Below, piece after piece: positions 1 through 8,763 of a DNA stretch of 64,000 nt. The notes beneath the pieces were generated by a model. The model saw only the letters and a program-made list of their open reading frames with translations. It made no database searches and had not been told where the DNA came from. Source of the DNA: a virus (taxonomy: Duplodnaviria > Caudoviricetes); the IMG/VR virus record IMGVR_UViG_3300035676_000001. The stretch is one strand, 5' to 3'. Numbering within the stretch: position 1 is the first letter of the stretch; each line of letters begins with the position of its first letter. A program made the position numbers and the translations under genes.

Positions 1-384
1 AATCCATTCTCCTTTGTCCTTATAAGCAAGAACCTTAATTTGGTTCAGGGGAGCAATATCTTGGATTTTTTTCAGGTCAACAATCGTGATTAGACCCCAA
101 TCTGCAAGAAGTTGGGCAATACGATTACGACGCTGAACATCATTCACGGTCAGGTTTGCGTGTTTGCCATCCAGAGCAAACAGTTCCTTAAAGTGAACGA
201 GATAATATCTACCTTGCTTGTGTAGAATATGGCAAGACTGATAGATTTTCTTTTCCTTTCTTGAAGCAACTCCGATACGGGTCAAAGTTTCACGAACTTT
301 CAAAAAGTCATCTGGTTCATTCAGAATGACTTCCACCATTTGATCGGGCGCCCACTTTACTTCAGGTTCTTGAACGACACTCAT
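1..384 (-). CDS. regA: RegA translational repressor (3' end beyond window start)
   Basis: Hand translation MSVVQEPEVKWAPDQMVEVILNEPDDFLKVRETLTRIGVASRKEKKIYQSCHILHKQGRYYLVHFKELFALDG matches T4 RegA. Its ATG overlaps the gp62 stop (ATGA). Confidence 0.95.
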   Translation of the reverse strand, partial: MSVVQEPEVKWAPDQMVEVILNEPDDFLKVRETLTRIGVASRKEKKIYQSCHILHKQGRYYLVHFKELFALDGKHANLTVNDVQRRNRIAQLLADWGLITIVDLKKIQDIAPLNQIKVLAYKDKGEWI

Positions 385-761
385 TTTGTTCCTCCAGTTT
401 CAAATTTCGATTTTATAAAATTAAGTTGTTCTTTAGTAAGAATCCTCAAAGCTTGTTTTGCCTTCTCATTACTATAACCATAATAACGTTTGACATAATC
501 AAGGTCTTTGATTTTATCTTGACGGAGCCAGGGAGAAAATCTCTTCTTTTTCCTCAGACTATTTATAAAGAAGTCATATTGTATCTTTTTGGGGAGAAAA
601 TGATATCGATTCATTTCGTTTGCAAACATAATACAATCAATGTGCCCAGAGAGGCAACGATTAATAATATACGGAGCATATTCCTTCTCAAGTGAAGGAT
701 CTTCGTCAATCAGATGTTGCTTCGTCTGATTGATCGAGTTTAACCAGTCCTTCAATTCCAT
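381..761 (-). CDS. gp62: Clamp loader small subunit gp62
   Basis: MELKDWLNSINQ...YAPYIINRCLS...KKKRFSPW...YYGYSNEKAKQAL. Start trimmed from 815 to the ATG at 761. Syntenic with gp44 and regA. Confidence 0.9.
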   Translation of the reverse strand: MELKDWLNSINQTKQHLIDEDPSLEKEYAPYIINRCLSGHIDCIMFANEMNRYHFLPKKIQYDFFINSLRKKKRFSPWLRQDKIKDLDYVKRYYGYSNEKAKQALRILTKEQLNFIKSKFETGGTK

Positions 762-1578
762 AATTAAAAAGCAAGAGTTCTTTACGTTGTTTTTGCTCAC
801 GCATATATTCACCAACAGAACGCATTGTGTAAGTCAAATCAAACTCGGCAGCGTTCCAGTTCTTAAACCTATCTTTTACAAGTTGGTCCGTATTATAACT
901 TACCAACATATCCATATTGTTGGAATTACAATCAGCAGCAAACTTATCGTGATCAAATCCTTTGTGCATTGATCCTTTGTTCCCATAGAGATTATCCTTA
1001 ATATCATAAGGAGGATCGAGATACATAAAAGCACTCTTGTCTCCATCCATTAGATAATCGTAGGAATAATTAGTTATGCGCCAATTCTTAATTATCTCAG
1101 AATACCCAGGCAACTTTTCAATCCCGCGCAGACTGAAGTTGGAGTTAGATGCTTGTTCTGAAAATGAAGAACTTTCTGTGAGACCACTGAAAGAACACTT
1201 ATTAACAACATAGAAAGCCACAGCACGATCGAAACTTGACACATCTTTATCATTGATCTTCTCCTTAGAAACTAAGAAAAGTTGTCTTGCTTTATCTGGA
1301 GTATTAGCAGTACTTTTAATAGTTGTAAGTGCATTGGAAAGATCAACACCAAACATCTGGAGTTGCTGCCAGAAGTTTACAAGAGGTTCGTAAAGATCAT
1401 TCACCCAAATATCTAGGTTGGGATACTTTTTAGTGATATAAATTGCAACACTTCCACCACCAAGAAATGGTTCTCGGAACTCATCATAGTTGCGAAGGTC
1501 TGGAAAGTAAGGTCCCATCTTTTCACAAGCACGGGACTTACCACCTGGGTAGCGTAAAGGAGTTTTCAGGGATTTCAT
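706..1578 (-). CDS. dam: DNA adenine methyltransferase (Dam/D12 class)
   Basis: Motifs TPLRYPGGKS, EPFLGGGSV (SAM binding) and YLDPPY (catalytic). Start trimmed to MKSLKTPLRY at 1578. Confidence 0.92.
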   Translation of the reverse strand: MKSLKTPLRYPGGKSRACEKMGPYFPDLRNYDEFREPFLGGGSVAIYITKKYPNLDIWVNDLYEPLVNFWQQLQMFGVDLSNALTTIKSTANTPDKARQLFLVSKEKINDKDVSSFDRAVAFYVVNKCSFSGLTESSSFSEQASNSNFSLRGIEKLPGYSEIIKNWRITNYSYDYLMDGDKSAFMYLDPPYDIKDNLYGNKGSMHKGFDHDKFAADCNSNNMDMLVSYNTDQLVKDRFKNWNAAEFDLTYTMRSVGEYMREQKQRKELLLFNYGIEGLVKLDQSDEATSD

Positions 1579-1579
1579 A

Positions 1580-2134
1580 TTACCATTCATTAGATTCATC
1601 CTCCCATTTGTAAAGTTCATCAACAATTTCATGATATAGTTCTCTTACTTGGTTCTTAGGGGCGGGCAAAACACCCTTAGCAATATACTGAACATCCCTC
1701 TTATCAATCACAATATTGAGTCCAGATTTAGAAACGTTTTTTAAGGGATCAAAATTTTTCAATGCATTCTCAAAAGATACTACCCCAAAATGACCCTGCA
1801 TTTGATCAATTAAAAGCATTTGATCAAACTTTTTTTCAGGAAAAGCATTATTTACATTACCTTGAAAATTTTTAAGCGTTATTGGTTTTGTGTTAAAAGT
1901 AGCATCAGTTTGAAATAATTTATCTTTTCCCTTTGCCTCCCAACGGACATTATTATGAATAAAATCGTGCCCTAAAGTGTCATCCAATCCAACGTAAGTT
2001 AAAGTGCTAGTTTTTTCAATTGCCTTTTCAACAAATACGGTTCTTGTAAATTTTTGTCCACCAAAACGAAGGCAACGAGTGTATTTAATTACACCAATAA
2101 CCATCGAGAAATCAAAATCAATCATTGTTTTCAT
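1580..2134 (-). CDS. Hypothetical protein, possible PD-(D/E)xK nuclease
   Basis: GHDF-x6-WEAKG resembles the D...E-x-K nuclease motif. Stop codon lies 1 nt before the dam ATG. Alternative start at 2125. Confidence 0.5.
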   Translation of the reverse strand: MKTMIDFDFSMVIGVIKYTRCLRFGGQKFTRTVFVEKAIEKTSTLTYVGLDDTLGHDFIHNNVRWEAKGKDKLFQTDATFNTKPITLKNFQGNVNNAFPEKKFDQMLLIDQMQGHFGVVSFENALKNFDPLKNVSKSGLNIVIDKRDVQYIAKGVLPAPKNQVRELYHEIVDELYKWEDESNEW

Positions 2135-2330
2135 AATCTTTAGGATGATACTTCAAATACTCTCTAAAAGTAAGTTTCATTTCTTTCTGCGTCATACCAC
2201 AATGCTTTGCGGCAGCAGGAACAGTCATTTTGGCGCGAAAGAGACCTTCATTTGCCTCTTTTACATTTTCAGGAGTTGTTTTTACAGGAATCTCATAAAG
2301 AGATGCCTTATCAATTTTAAGCAAACTCAT
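2118..2330 (-). CDS. Conserved small hypothetical protein, possible helix-turn-helix
   Basis: 70 aa with MTVPAAAKHCGMTQKEMK (HTH-like pattern). Overlaps the gp44 stop (ATGA). Confidence 0.6.
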   Translation of the reverse strand: MSLLKIDKASLYEIPVKTTPENVKEANEGLFRAKMTVPAAAKHCGMTQKEMKLTFREYLKYHPKDYENND

Positions 2331-3268
2331 TTAAACTCACACTCCACCATTAGTTCAGTTAATGCAGCTAGGAGGTTAATTTCCTGATCAGCAACGAACG
2401 CAATTTGGTATTGATACTTAGCAATAACAAGAACGGCAGCGGGGATAGAGTTGGGAAGTAGAACGCTATAAAGGGCGTCATAAACCCTGCGAAGAATGAG
2501 AGAAGAATCGTTGTCCAAGTTGGCGACCACCCACTTTCGAACTTCGGAGAAGTTTTTTTCTTTGAGATGTTTAATGAGATCATTTACTGTAACGTCAGAG
2601 AAGGATGCAAGAATACCAGAGTCAATTTCGCCGCCCACCGAATACCTTTGACATTCGTTGAGGACTCGGCGCCAATCTGGAAAATGTTTGTTAATCAGTT
2701 CGGCAAGGACTTTAGGATCGTATCGTACACCTTCCGCATCCAGGATGTCCTGTAAACGCTTGAAGAAGGATCCTGCCAGCTGGGTTTTTTCTTTTCCTTT
2801 AATCCCAAACTCGACGACTGCACATCGGGAGTGAAGGGGTTCGATGATTTTGTTTTTGTAGTTACAGGTGAAGATGAAGCGGCAGTTACCAGCAAACTCC
2901 TCAATAAACGCCCGTAGGAGGAGTTGTACATCGTTTCCTGTATTATCTGCTTCGTCAATGATGACGACTTTGTGTTTAGCATCTGACGAAAGCGAAACGG
3001 TCGAAGCGAAGTTCTTCGCATTGTTTCGGACAGTATCGAGGAATCTACCCTCGTCGGATCCATTGATGACATAAACATCTACTCCCAATTCATTGCACAA
3101 TGCTTTTGCTACGGTGGTCTTACCTACACCAGGAGGACCACAAAGAAGCATATTCGGAATTTCGCCTTTATTTAGAAAATCACTAAAGGTCTTTTTAATA
3201 TTCTCAGGAAGAATACAATCTTCAATTGTTTTGGGACGATACTTTTCAACCCAAATAAAATTACTCAT
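2327..3268 (-). CDS. gp44: Clamp loader large subunit gp44 (AAA+)
   Basis: WVEKYRP, Walker A GPPGVGKTT, Walker B IIDEAD, SRC motif. Start trimmed to 3268. Confidence 0.97.
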   Translation of the reverse strand: MSNFIWVEKYRPKTIEDCILPENIKKTFSDFLNKGEIPNMLLCGPPGVGKTTVAKALCNELGVDVYVINGSDEGRFLDTVRNNAKNFASTVSLSSDAKHKVVIIDEADNTGNDVQLLLRAFIEEFAGNCRFIFTCNYKNKIIEPLHSRCAVVEFGIKGKEKTQLAGSFFKRLQDILDAEGVRYDPKVLAELINKHFPDWRRVLNECQRYSVGGEIDSGILASFSDVTVNDLIKHLKEKNFSEVRKWVVANLDNDSSLILRRVYDALYSVLLPNSIPAAVLVIAKYQYQIAFVADQEINLLAALTELMVECEFK

Positions 3269-3270
3269 AA

Positions 3271-3393
3271 TCAAATCCAATCAGGTTTTTTCAATTCACA
3301 TGCGGGGACAATTTCCCACCATTCATTCCCATCAAAAATATACAATTTATGTGTATCTCTGTCAAGGAAGATGTCGCCTTTACTGTATTTCAT
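3271..3393 (-). CDS. 40-aa hypothetical protein (not in ORF track)
   Basis: MKYSKGDIFLDRDTHKLYIFDGNEWWEIVPACELKKPDWI fills the gap exactly and its ATG overlaps the upstream stop (ATGA). Confidence 0.65.
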   Translation of the reverse strand: MKYSKGDIFLDRDTHKLYIFDGNEWWEIVPACELKKPDWI

Positions 3394-3899
3394 ACCCATT
3401 CAGGTTTACGCTCAGGCATACGGAGATAATTATCCGCCACCCAAGGTTTGGAAGCAATATACATTTTGTATGCAGTGAATGTATCAATGCTTTCATCAAG
3501 TTTGTATTCGTCGGGCATAGCACGAACGAATGGAGTCACCTCAGTAATCTTTCCTTTGGGGAAAAGATAATATGCGGCAACAAGAGTATTATAACACGAA
3601 TGCTGCTTACCATATCGCAGAGTATATTCGTCACACAGATTCATTCCGTGCTTAATCAACCAGTATGCATTATGAATGGACTTTGCTGCCCATTGAGTAC
3701 AAGGATGATTGCGAAAGGCACCCTTCTCAGTTGCATAGGTTGTTCCGTCTGCTTTGGGAAGAGTGCCGTAGTTATGATACCACTTAGATGCTACAATGGA
3801 AAGCATTTGACAGCATTCCAAAGGCATCTTGACGATATGTTTGTCGGGAAGGCATACTGCCGACTCAGCAGGAAATTCGTTGGTTACAAAGATGTTCAT
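3390..3899 (-). CDS. Pyrimidine-dimer DNA glycosylase / endonuclease V-like protein
   Basis: MNIF...LPDKHIVKMPLECCQMLS...HPCTQW pattern of the Pyr_excise (DenV-related) family. Start trimmed to 3899 (TGATG overlap). Confidence 0.7.
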   Translation of the reverse strand: MNIFVTNEFPAESAVCLPDKHIVKMPLECCQMLSIVASKWYHNYGTLPKADGTTYATEKGAFRNHPCTQWAAKSIHNAYWLIKHGMNLCDEYTLRYGKQHSCYNTLVAAYYLFPKGKITEVTPFVRAMPDEYKLDESIDTFTAYKMYIASKPWVADNYLRMPERKPEWV

Positions 3900-4318
3900 C
3901 AGAGACAATACTTTCGAATTACATACTTTACTTTTTCTGGTTTATCTTCCATCCAATATGCTTCGTGTTCTATACGATAAGAAGCAGTAGATGACTTTAC
4001 AGAATTATGAACATCTATAATTTTGTTAGCTGGAAGAAACATATCATTTAAAGATATTCCAAAAGGTTTGTATCCATTGCACAAATGCCCAACATGAGTA
4101 GCTTCATGATACACAGTTTCATTCACATAGTGCTTAACATCAAACCCACTGATTTTGATGTTATTTGTGCAGATAACAAACTTATTTCCAAAGTCTGCAT
4201 ATCCAAAGATATTTTTGTCTCTACAGTATCCAACATTTTCGTGAACACTGTAGTTTGCTCGATAAACATCTTGAATAATTTCACGACCGATGGGGGTCAG
4301 ATAAAGAAGAAATTCCAT
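3899..4318 (-). CDS. Hypothetical zincin-like protein (HExxH)
   Basis: ETVYHEATHVGH plus a downstream EHEAY. ATG at 4318 overlaps the gp45 stop. Confidence 0.55.
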   Translation of the reverse strand: MEFLLYLTPIGREIIQDVYRANYSVHENVGYCRDKNIFGYADFGNKFVICTNNIKISGFDVKHYVNETVYHEATHVGHLCNGYKPFGISLNDMFLPANKIIDVHNSVKSSTASYRIEHEAYWMEDKPEKVKYVIRKYCL

Positions 4319-5004
4319 CAACCAAAAGTCGAATCAGGTTCCAGAGCAATATAATACTTCAGATTGTACTTGGTGTTGCTGAATTGGGACAGAAGTTTTT
4401 CCGACACGACCACATCATAGGCACCAGGAATAATCTTGATATTTTCCACCTTGAAGTTGAAGGTGAATTCCTTATCAGTCTCACCAACCACAATAGAATA
4501 CTCGTTAGAGGTGTCGTTCTTCTTATCACGAACCACCAGACGAATCACACCCGACTCACCAACTGCCGACAGGTCAGGAAGTTGATAGACCGCTGCTGCC
4601 TTCACCAGTTTCTCAAGAGAAGCACTCTCCAGTTGGAAACATACATCTTTAGAAGGAAGTTGAATCTCCTTATCGGGAGGAGAGATAATCACATTCGGGT
4701 CAGCATAGAAATACTTCACACGACGCTTACCTTCACGAATAGTGATATAAGAATCTTCAGTAAAGTCAAGGTCAGGGTCTTGGTGAAGACTCAAACCATT
4801 CAGGAACTGATTGAGGTCATAAACTGCGAAGTCACGAGGAAACTCTTCAGTAATATCTGCTTCAGCAAGAATATTCTTAGCAACAGAAATAGTGCGAAGA
4901 CGAGTCCCTTGCTTTACCAGAATTGAATTATTGATTCCAGCAAAGTTCTTGAGAATAGTCAGAGAGTTATCAGAGAGTTTCATAGTTTGAGGTTTGAGTT
5001 TCAT
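4318..5004 (-). CDS. gp45: Sliding clamp gp45
   Basis: MKLSDNSLTILKNFAGINNSILVK...FAVYDLNQFL...YYIALEPDS, the T4 gp45 pattern, upstream of gp44/gp62. Confidence 0.95.
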   Translation of the reverse strand: MKLKPQTMKLSDNSLTILKNFAGINNSILVKQGTRLRTISVAKNILAEADITEEFPRDFAVYDLNQFLNGLSLHQDPDLDFTEDSYITIREGKRRVKYFYADPNVIISPPDKEIQLPSKDVCFQLESASLEKLVKAAAVYQLPDLSAVGESGVIRLVVRDKKNDTSNEYSIVVGETDKEFTFNFKVENIKIIPGAYDVVVSEKLLSQFSNTKYNLKYYIALEPDSTFG

Positions 5005-5006
5005 AA

Positions 5007-5360
5007 TCAACGGAATTCGGTCAGACCATTATCCTGACGAGAATAATGACCATCAAAGTGGAGCAGTAGCATAGCATAGTGAATGACTTTCATCAAGTCA
5101 CGCTTGTTGCGACCATCCTTATCACCATAACGGCTTCCGTACTTAAGGATGTTTGCCTGACAAAAACCTGCTGCGAGTTTCTTTGCTGCCATCAGATCAA
5201 TTGTTTGAATATCAGCATAACCAGATTCATCACCGCAATAATGACCGTGATAAGTGCTGGTCACATAATCCTCAACATCTTTGAGGATTTTGTCTTCATT
5301 GTATTTCCAAAGATGATTTGTTTTTTCAGTCATAGTAATAGTAAAGGTCGAATCACTCAT
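5007..5360 (-). CDS. Conserved hypothetical protein, DUF3310-like
   Basis: HY...GFCQANILKYGSRYGDKDG...DLMKVIHYA pattern. Start trimmed to 5360. Confidence 0.6.
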   Translation of the reverse strand: MSDSTFTITMTEKTNHLWKYNEDKILKDVEDYVTSTYHGHYCGDESGYADIQTIDLMAAKKLAAGFCQANILKYGSRYGDKDGRNKRDLMKVIHYAMLLLHFDGHYSRQDNGLTEFR

Positions 5361-5389
5361 AAAGGAAAGGCATATTTTTACCTTCCCCA

Positions 5390-5418
5390 ATTATATCAGA
5401 AAGGAGCAGGTTGGTCAA
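5390..5418 (-). promoter_or_regulatory. Sigma70-type promoter for the DUF3310-gp45-gp44 cluster
   Basis: Minus strand TTGACC-17 nt-TATAAT. Confidence 0.75.
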
Positions 5419-6529
5419 CGTATTCTACAGTCAGTTCAGGACCAGTAGAAGGCATCTGGAAGTCAGCATCAATTTTATCGTAGAGTTCCAGGAAGGCAGT
5501 TTTAGTTTCATCATCAAAACGATTGATGCAAACTTGAATTGCTTTTGCTTTATCATTGAAGATGCTATAAGCACGAATGATATGAACCAGGCGACGGGTA
5601 GAGATGATCTCTTCAATACCACCATCATAGAAGGTCTTACGAATCACATCACCCCAATCAACCAGACGCTTGCAGAAGTCACGGTCTTCCACACCAAGGT
5701 CCAGAGCGATGCCTTCCAGAATCTTCTGTTCGGTAGCAGGAGCAGGATAGGACTGCTCAAAGGTCACAGGGAACCGCTCCAGGAACGCCTCATTGAGCAC
5801 ATTGGTGCCGATGAAGCGACCATCATCAGAGCCCTTACCCTTGGTGTTGGCGGTGGCGAACACGTTGAAACCAGCGACAGGTTTCACGAAGCGACCAATC
5901 TTTTTCAGGAAGACACCTTTACCTTCAAGGACAGATTGCAGACACAGAATCTTGTTGGATGCAAGGTCAATTTCATCCAGCAGCAGAATCGCACCGCGCT
6001 CCAGTGCCTCAATCACAGGACCATTGTGCCAGACAGTCTCACCATTCACCAGACGGAAACCACCAATCAGGTCATCTTCATCAGTCTCAATGGTGATGTT
6101 AACACGAATCAACTCACGCTTCAGTTGAGCACAAGCTTGCTCCACACTGAACGTTTTACCATTACCCGAAAGACCCGTAACGAACGTCGGATAAAAAATA
6201 CGGGACTGAATAATTTTTTTAATATCGTTAAAGTTACCAAACTTGACGAAGGTATCATCTTTATCGGGAATAAGGTTTTGTTCCACAGCAGGAAGAGCAG
6301 CAGGAGATTGATATGCTTGCTCCATTTTACCAACAACAGTAGGGGTGACTTCCAGATTCCAGCGACCACGAGAAGTCTTGAACTGCTCCAAACGACGGGT
6401 CACAGTCTGATAGTTCAGACTACGAGAAGCACAGAAACCCTTGATGTCGCCAGCAGAGAGTTCAGAACCAAACAGGGATTGGAGTTCAGAAATCAGTTGG
6501 TCGTCAGTCACAGAAGATTTGCGGGGCAT
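5396..6529 (-). CDS. cobS: CobS-like / MoxR-family AAA+ ATPase
   Basis: Walker A GLSGNGKT, Walker B LLLDEID, ATANTKG and NEAFLERF. This is the cyanophage cobS-like family. Confidence 0.88.
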   Translation of the reverse strand: MPRKSSVTDDQLISELQSLFGSELSAGDIKGFCASRSLNYQTVTRRLEQFKTSRGRWNLEVTPTVVGKMEQAYQSPAALPAVEQNLIPDKDDTFVKFGNFNDIKKIIQSRIFYPTFVTGLSGNGKTFSVEQACAQLKRELIRVNITIETDEDDLIGGFRLVNGETVWHNGPVIEALERGAILLLDEIDLASNKILCLQSVLEGKGVFLKKIGRFVKPVAGFNVFATANTKGKGSDDGRFIGTNVLNEAFLERFPVTFEQSYPAPATEQKILEGIALDLGVEDRDFCKRLVDWGDVIRKTFYDGGIEEIISTRRLVHIIRAYSIFNDKAKAIQVCINRFDDETKTAFLELYDKIDADFQMPSTGPELTVEYVDQPAPF

Positions 6530-6562
6530 AATGTAGTTAGGTGGTTTTGTTTAACTGAAGTA

Positions 6563-6618
6563 ATTATAACAGCAAAAAGGGGGTCTTGGACCCCCCAATG
6601 GACAGTTTGAAAATTGGT
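6563..6618 (-). promoter_or_regulatory. Two-box element + GC hairpin + -10 upstream of the cobS-like gene
   Basis: ACCAATT-TTCAA-ACTGTCCAT, then 29 nt containing GGGGGTC-CAA-GACCCCC-TTTTT, then TATAAT. Confidence 0.7.
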
Positions 6619-8763
6619 TCAGGCAACGAGTTCGATAAACTCACCAAGAATACGCTTGTTCATTTTTTTAGACTTCAGACTCTTCACAAAAGCAGATTTA
6701 ATTTGTGCTTTAGAAGCATCCTCCGAAACCGCAAACTCAGTGTCTTGGGCTAGAGCAGTAGCAGAGAGACCGAAGTAAGAATGATACCCAGACTTTTTAA
6801 TCGTAAATGTCTTTTCCTTTCTCCAAGAACCCATCACCTTATCAAAATCGGGACCATAATATCCACAATAACGGCGAATAAAATTACCAGCATCACGAGA
6901 CTCAAGAACACGAATACCAATGAAGTTAATATCGGCAAACTTGTCCCGCAGATTGCGAAGAAAAACATCAGTCATTTGATACCATTCACAATCCAAAGAA
7001 TAGGTACTTCCAGTCTTACGGTCACGCAAGAATGACCCAAATCCAATCGCAGCAGTTCCCAGAAAAGGATTATCTTCCCAATGACGCTTCACTTCGCGGT
7101 GATACTTAATACCACAAGCTTCACCATCAGTCAGAACAACACACTGGACTTTCTGAAGTTTATTTTCTTTCTGAAACTTAGGAAGAATCTGATGAAGAGA
7201 AATAAGTGCCTCGTTCAAAGGAGTTCCTGAGAGAGAAAGACCCAAAGGAATCTGATAAGAAGTATAGCAGTTACGCCCAAAAGAATAAGCAAGACGGAAG
7301 ATATTCTTCATCTGCTCTTCAAGAGTCTTACCATTCACTTGACTGGTGAGCAGATTCATCATCGAGAACCATTCTCCAACTTGAATCATACCAGCTTGCT
7401 TTTCGTAAGCAAGTTCACGAAGATTTGCCTTACCATTCTCATCATAAGAAACCAGAGGATAATCAGTCGTGAAAGCATAAACCTCAAACGGAATCGAAAC
7501 TTTCTTACAGAACCAAACAAGATTGAAGAGTTGCTTGACCGTATCCAGCATCACATCACACATCGAACCAGACCAGTCCAGAACGAACACCAGACCGTGA
7601 TTCTTGCCGTTAGCAAGAGTTGTAACCTTCCTGAACAGGTCTTCGTTGTATTTGTAGGTATGAAGTTTAGAGCAGTCTAGAACACCAGTGCGGGCAGTCG
7701 TAGCACGGGCATAGGAGTCTGCTGCCTTACGACACTCAAACTCTTTGACCAAATAATTGACTTCTTTCTGTGCCGAACGCTTGAACTCTACAAACTGCTT
7801 ATCAACTTCACCAAAGATGTCTTCATACTTATATTCACGGTCTTCAATGAAAGAATCCCAGGTATTTTTACAGTTAGAATGAATATCAGCGTTCGGAACA
7901 ATTACTTTTTTCAGGTCAAGTTTAGGCAGTTCCAGATAAACATTTTCAGGACCACTATTATTGACGAGTTCTTTCAGTGCCTCTTCCAGAGAATCCATTG
8001 TCTTCACTTCAGGTTCTTCATTCCTCTCACCACCTTGATTACTTGAAGTCGGTTGCTGCTCCTGCTCTGCGGACCCACCATAAGAATCAGTTTCGCCAGG
8101 TTGCTCCTGGTCATTCTCACCTTCCTGTTGGTCAATAAAATCGGAAGCAGGTTGATTATTAGCACCATCCTGCTGCGACTCAAGATTATCCAGAGAAATC
8201 TTGGTTTCTTCCTGCTGCTTTTGCTTACAATACTTGTAGAGTGCTTCTGCAGCAATCAGGACATCTGCAAAAGATTCAGAAGCATCAATCAGATTGATAA
8301 TTTCCTTCTCTTCTGCAGTAAAGTTCAAATCCAAGAAGTTACCAATCTTGAAATAAAGATTCGCACGGTCGGCAAGATTATAAGTTTCCAGTTTATCATC
8401 ACCAATCTGAAAGAAGTCATCATCGGCAAGTTCCTTGTAACCGTTAAAGAAAGTCTTGGCAAGACCAGCATAACGACGCTTCATCAGTTTCTCAATGCGA
8501 GCATCCTCAACCACATTCACAAACTGTGGGGGAATCTTATGCTCCTTCAACCAGTCTTCATCAGGTGTATAGAGAGCGTGACCCACTTCGTGACCCACCA
8601 GAAGGTCATAGACAGTGTTGCTTGCCTTATCCCACATAGGCAGAGTCAGAACACGGGTATGAACATTAAAGCAGGCAGTCTCCACCTTCTTATGCTCAAC
8701 CACAAGGTCTTCGGTAGCAAGAAGCTTTGCGAGTTGGGACTTAATTTCGTGGCGGACAGTCAT
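6619..8763 (-). CDS. CobT-like protein: N-terminal HExxH metallopeptidase-like domain, acidic linker, C-terminal VWA domain
   Basis: GHEVGHAL...NVVEDARIE, an acidic Q/E-rich linker, MIDAS DWSGS, GTP and LTDGE. Confidence 0.8.
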   Translation of the reverse strand: MTVRHEIKSQLAKLLATEDLVVEHKKVETACFNVHTRVLTLPMWDKASNTVYDLLVGHEVGHALYTPDEDWLKEHKIPPQFVNVVEDARIEKLMKRRYAGLAKTFFNGYKELADDDFFQIGDDKLETYNLADRANLYFKIGNFLDLNFTAEEKEIINLIDASESFADVLIAAEALYKYCKQKQQEETKISLDNLESQQDGANNQPASDFIDQQEGENDQEQPGETDSYGGSAEQEQQPTSSNQGGERNEEPEVKTMDSLEEALKELVNNSGPENVYLELPKLDLKKVIVPNADIHSNCKNTWDSFIEDREYKYEDIFGEVDKQFVEFKRSAQKEVNYLVKEFECRKAADSYARATTARTGVLDCSKLHTYKYNEDLFRKVTTLANGKNHGLVFVLDWSGSMCDVMLDTVKQLFNLVWFCKKVSIPFEVYAFTTDYPLVSYDENGKANLRELAYEKQAGMIQVGEWFSMMNLLTSQVNGKTLEEQMKNIFRLAYSFGRNCYTSYQIPLGLSLSGTPLNEALISLHQILPKFQKENKLQKVQCVVLTDGEACGIKYHREVKRHWEDNPFLGTAAIGFGSFLRDRKTGSTYSLDCEWYQMTDVFLRNLRDKFADINFIGIRVLESRDAGNFIRRYCGYYGPDFDKVMGSWRKEKTFTIKKSGYHSYFGLSATALAQDTEFAVSEDASKAQIKSAFVKSLKSKKMNKRILGEFIELVA

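Noticed and set aside
5396-6529. cobS as evidence of cobalamin biosynthesis
   Set aside because: No CobN or other cob genes in the window. The partner has a peptidase-like domain, so the name reflects family similarity only.
5411-6610. 399-aa plus-strand ORF
   Set aside because: Exact antisense shadow of the cobS-like gene, with no recognisable motifs. It is explained by codon bias on the minus strand.
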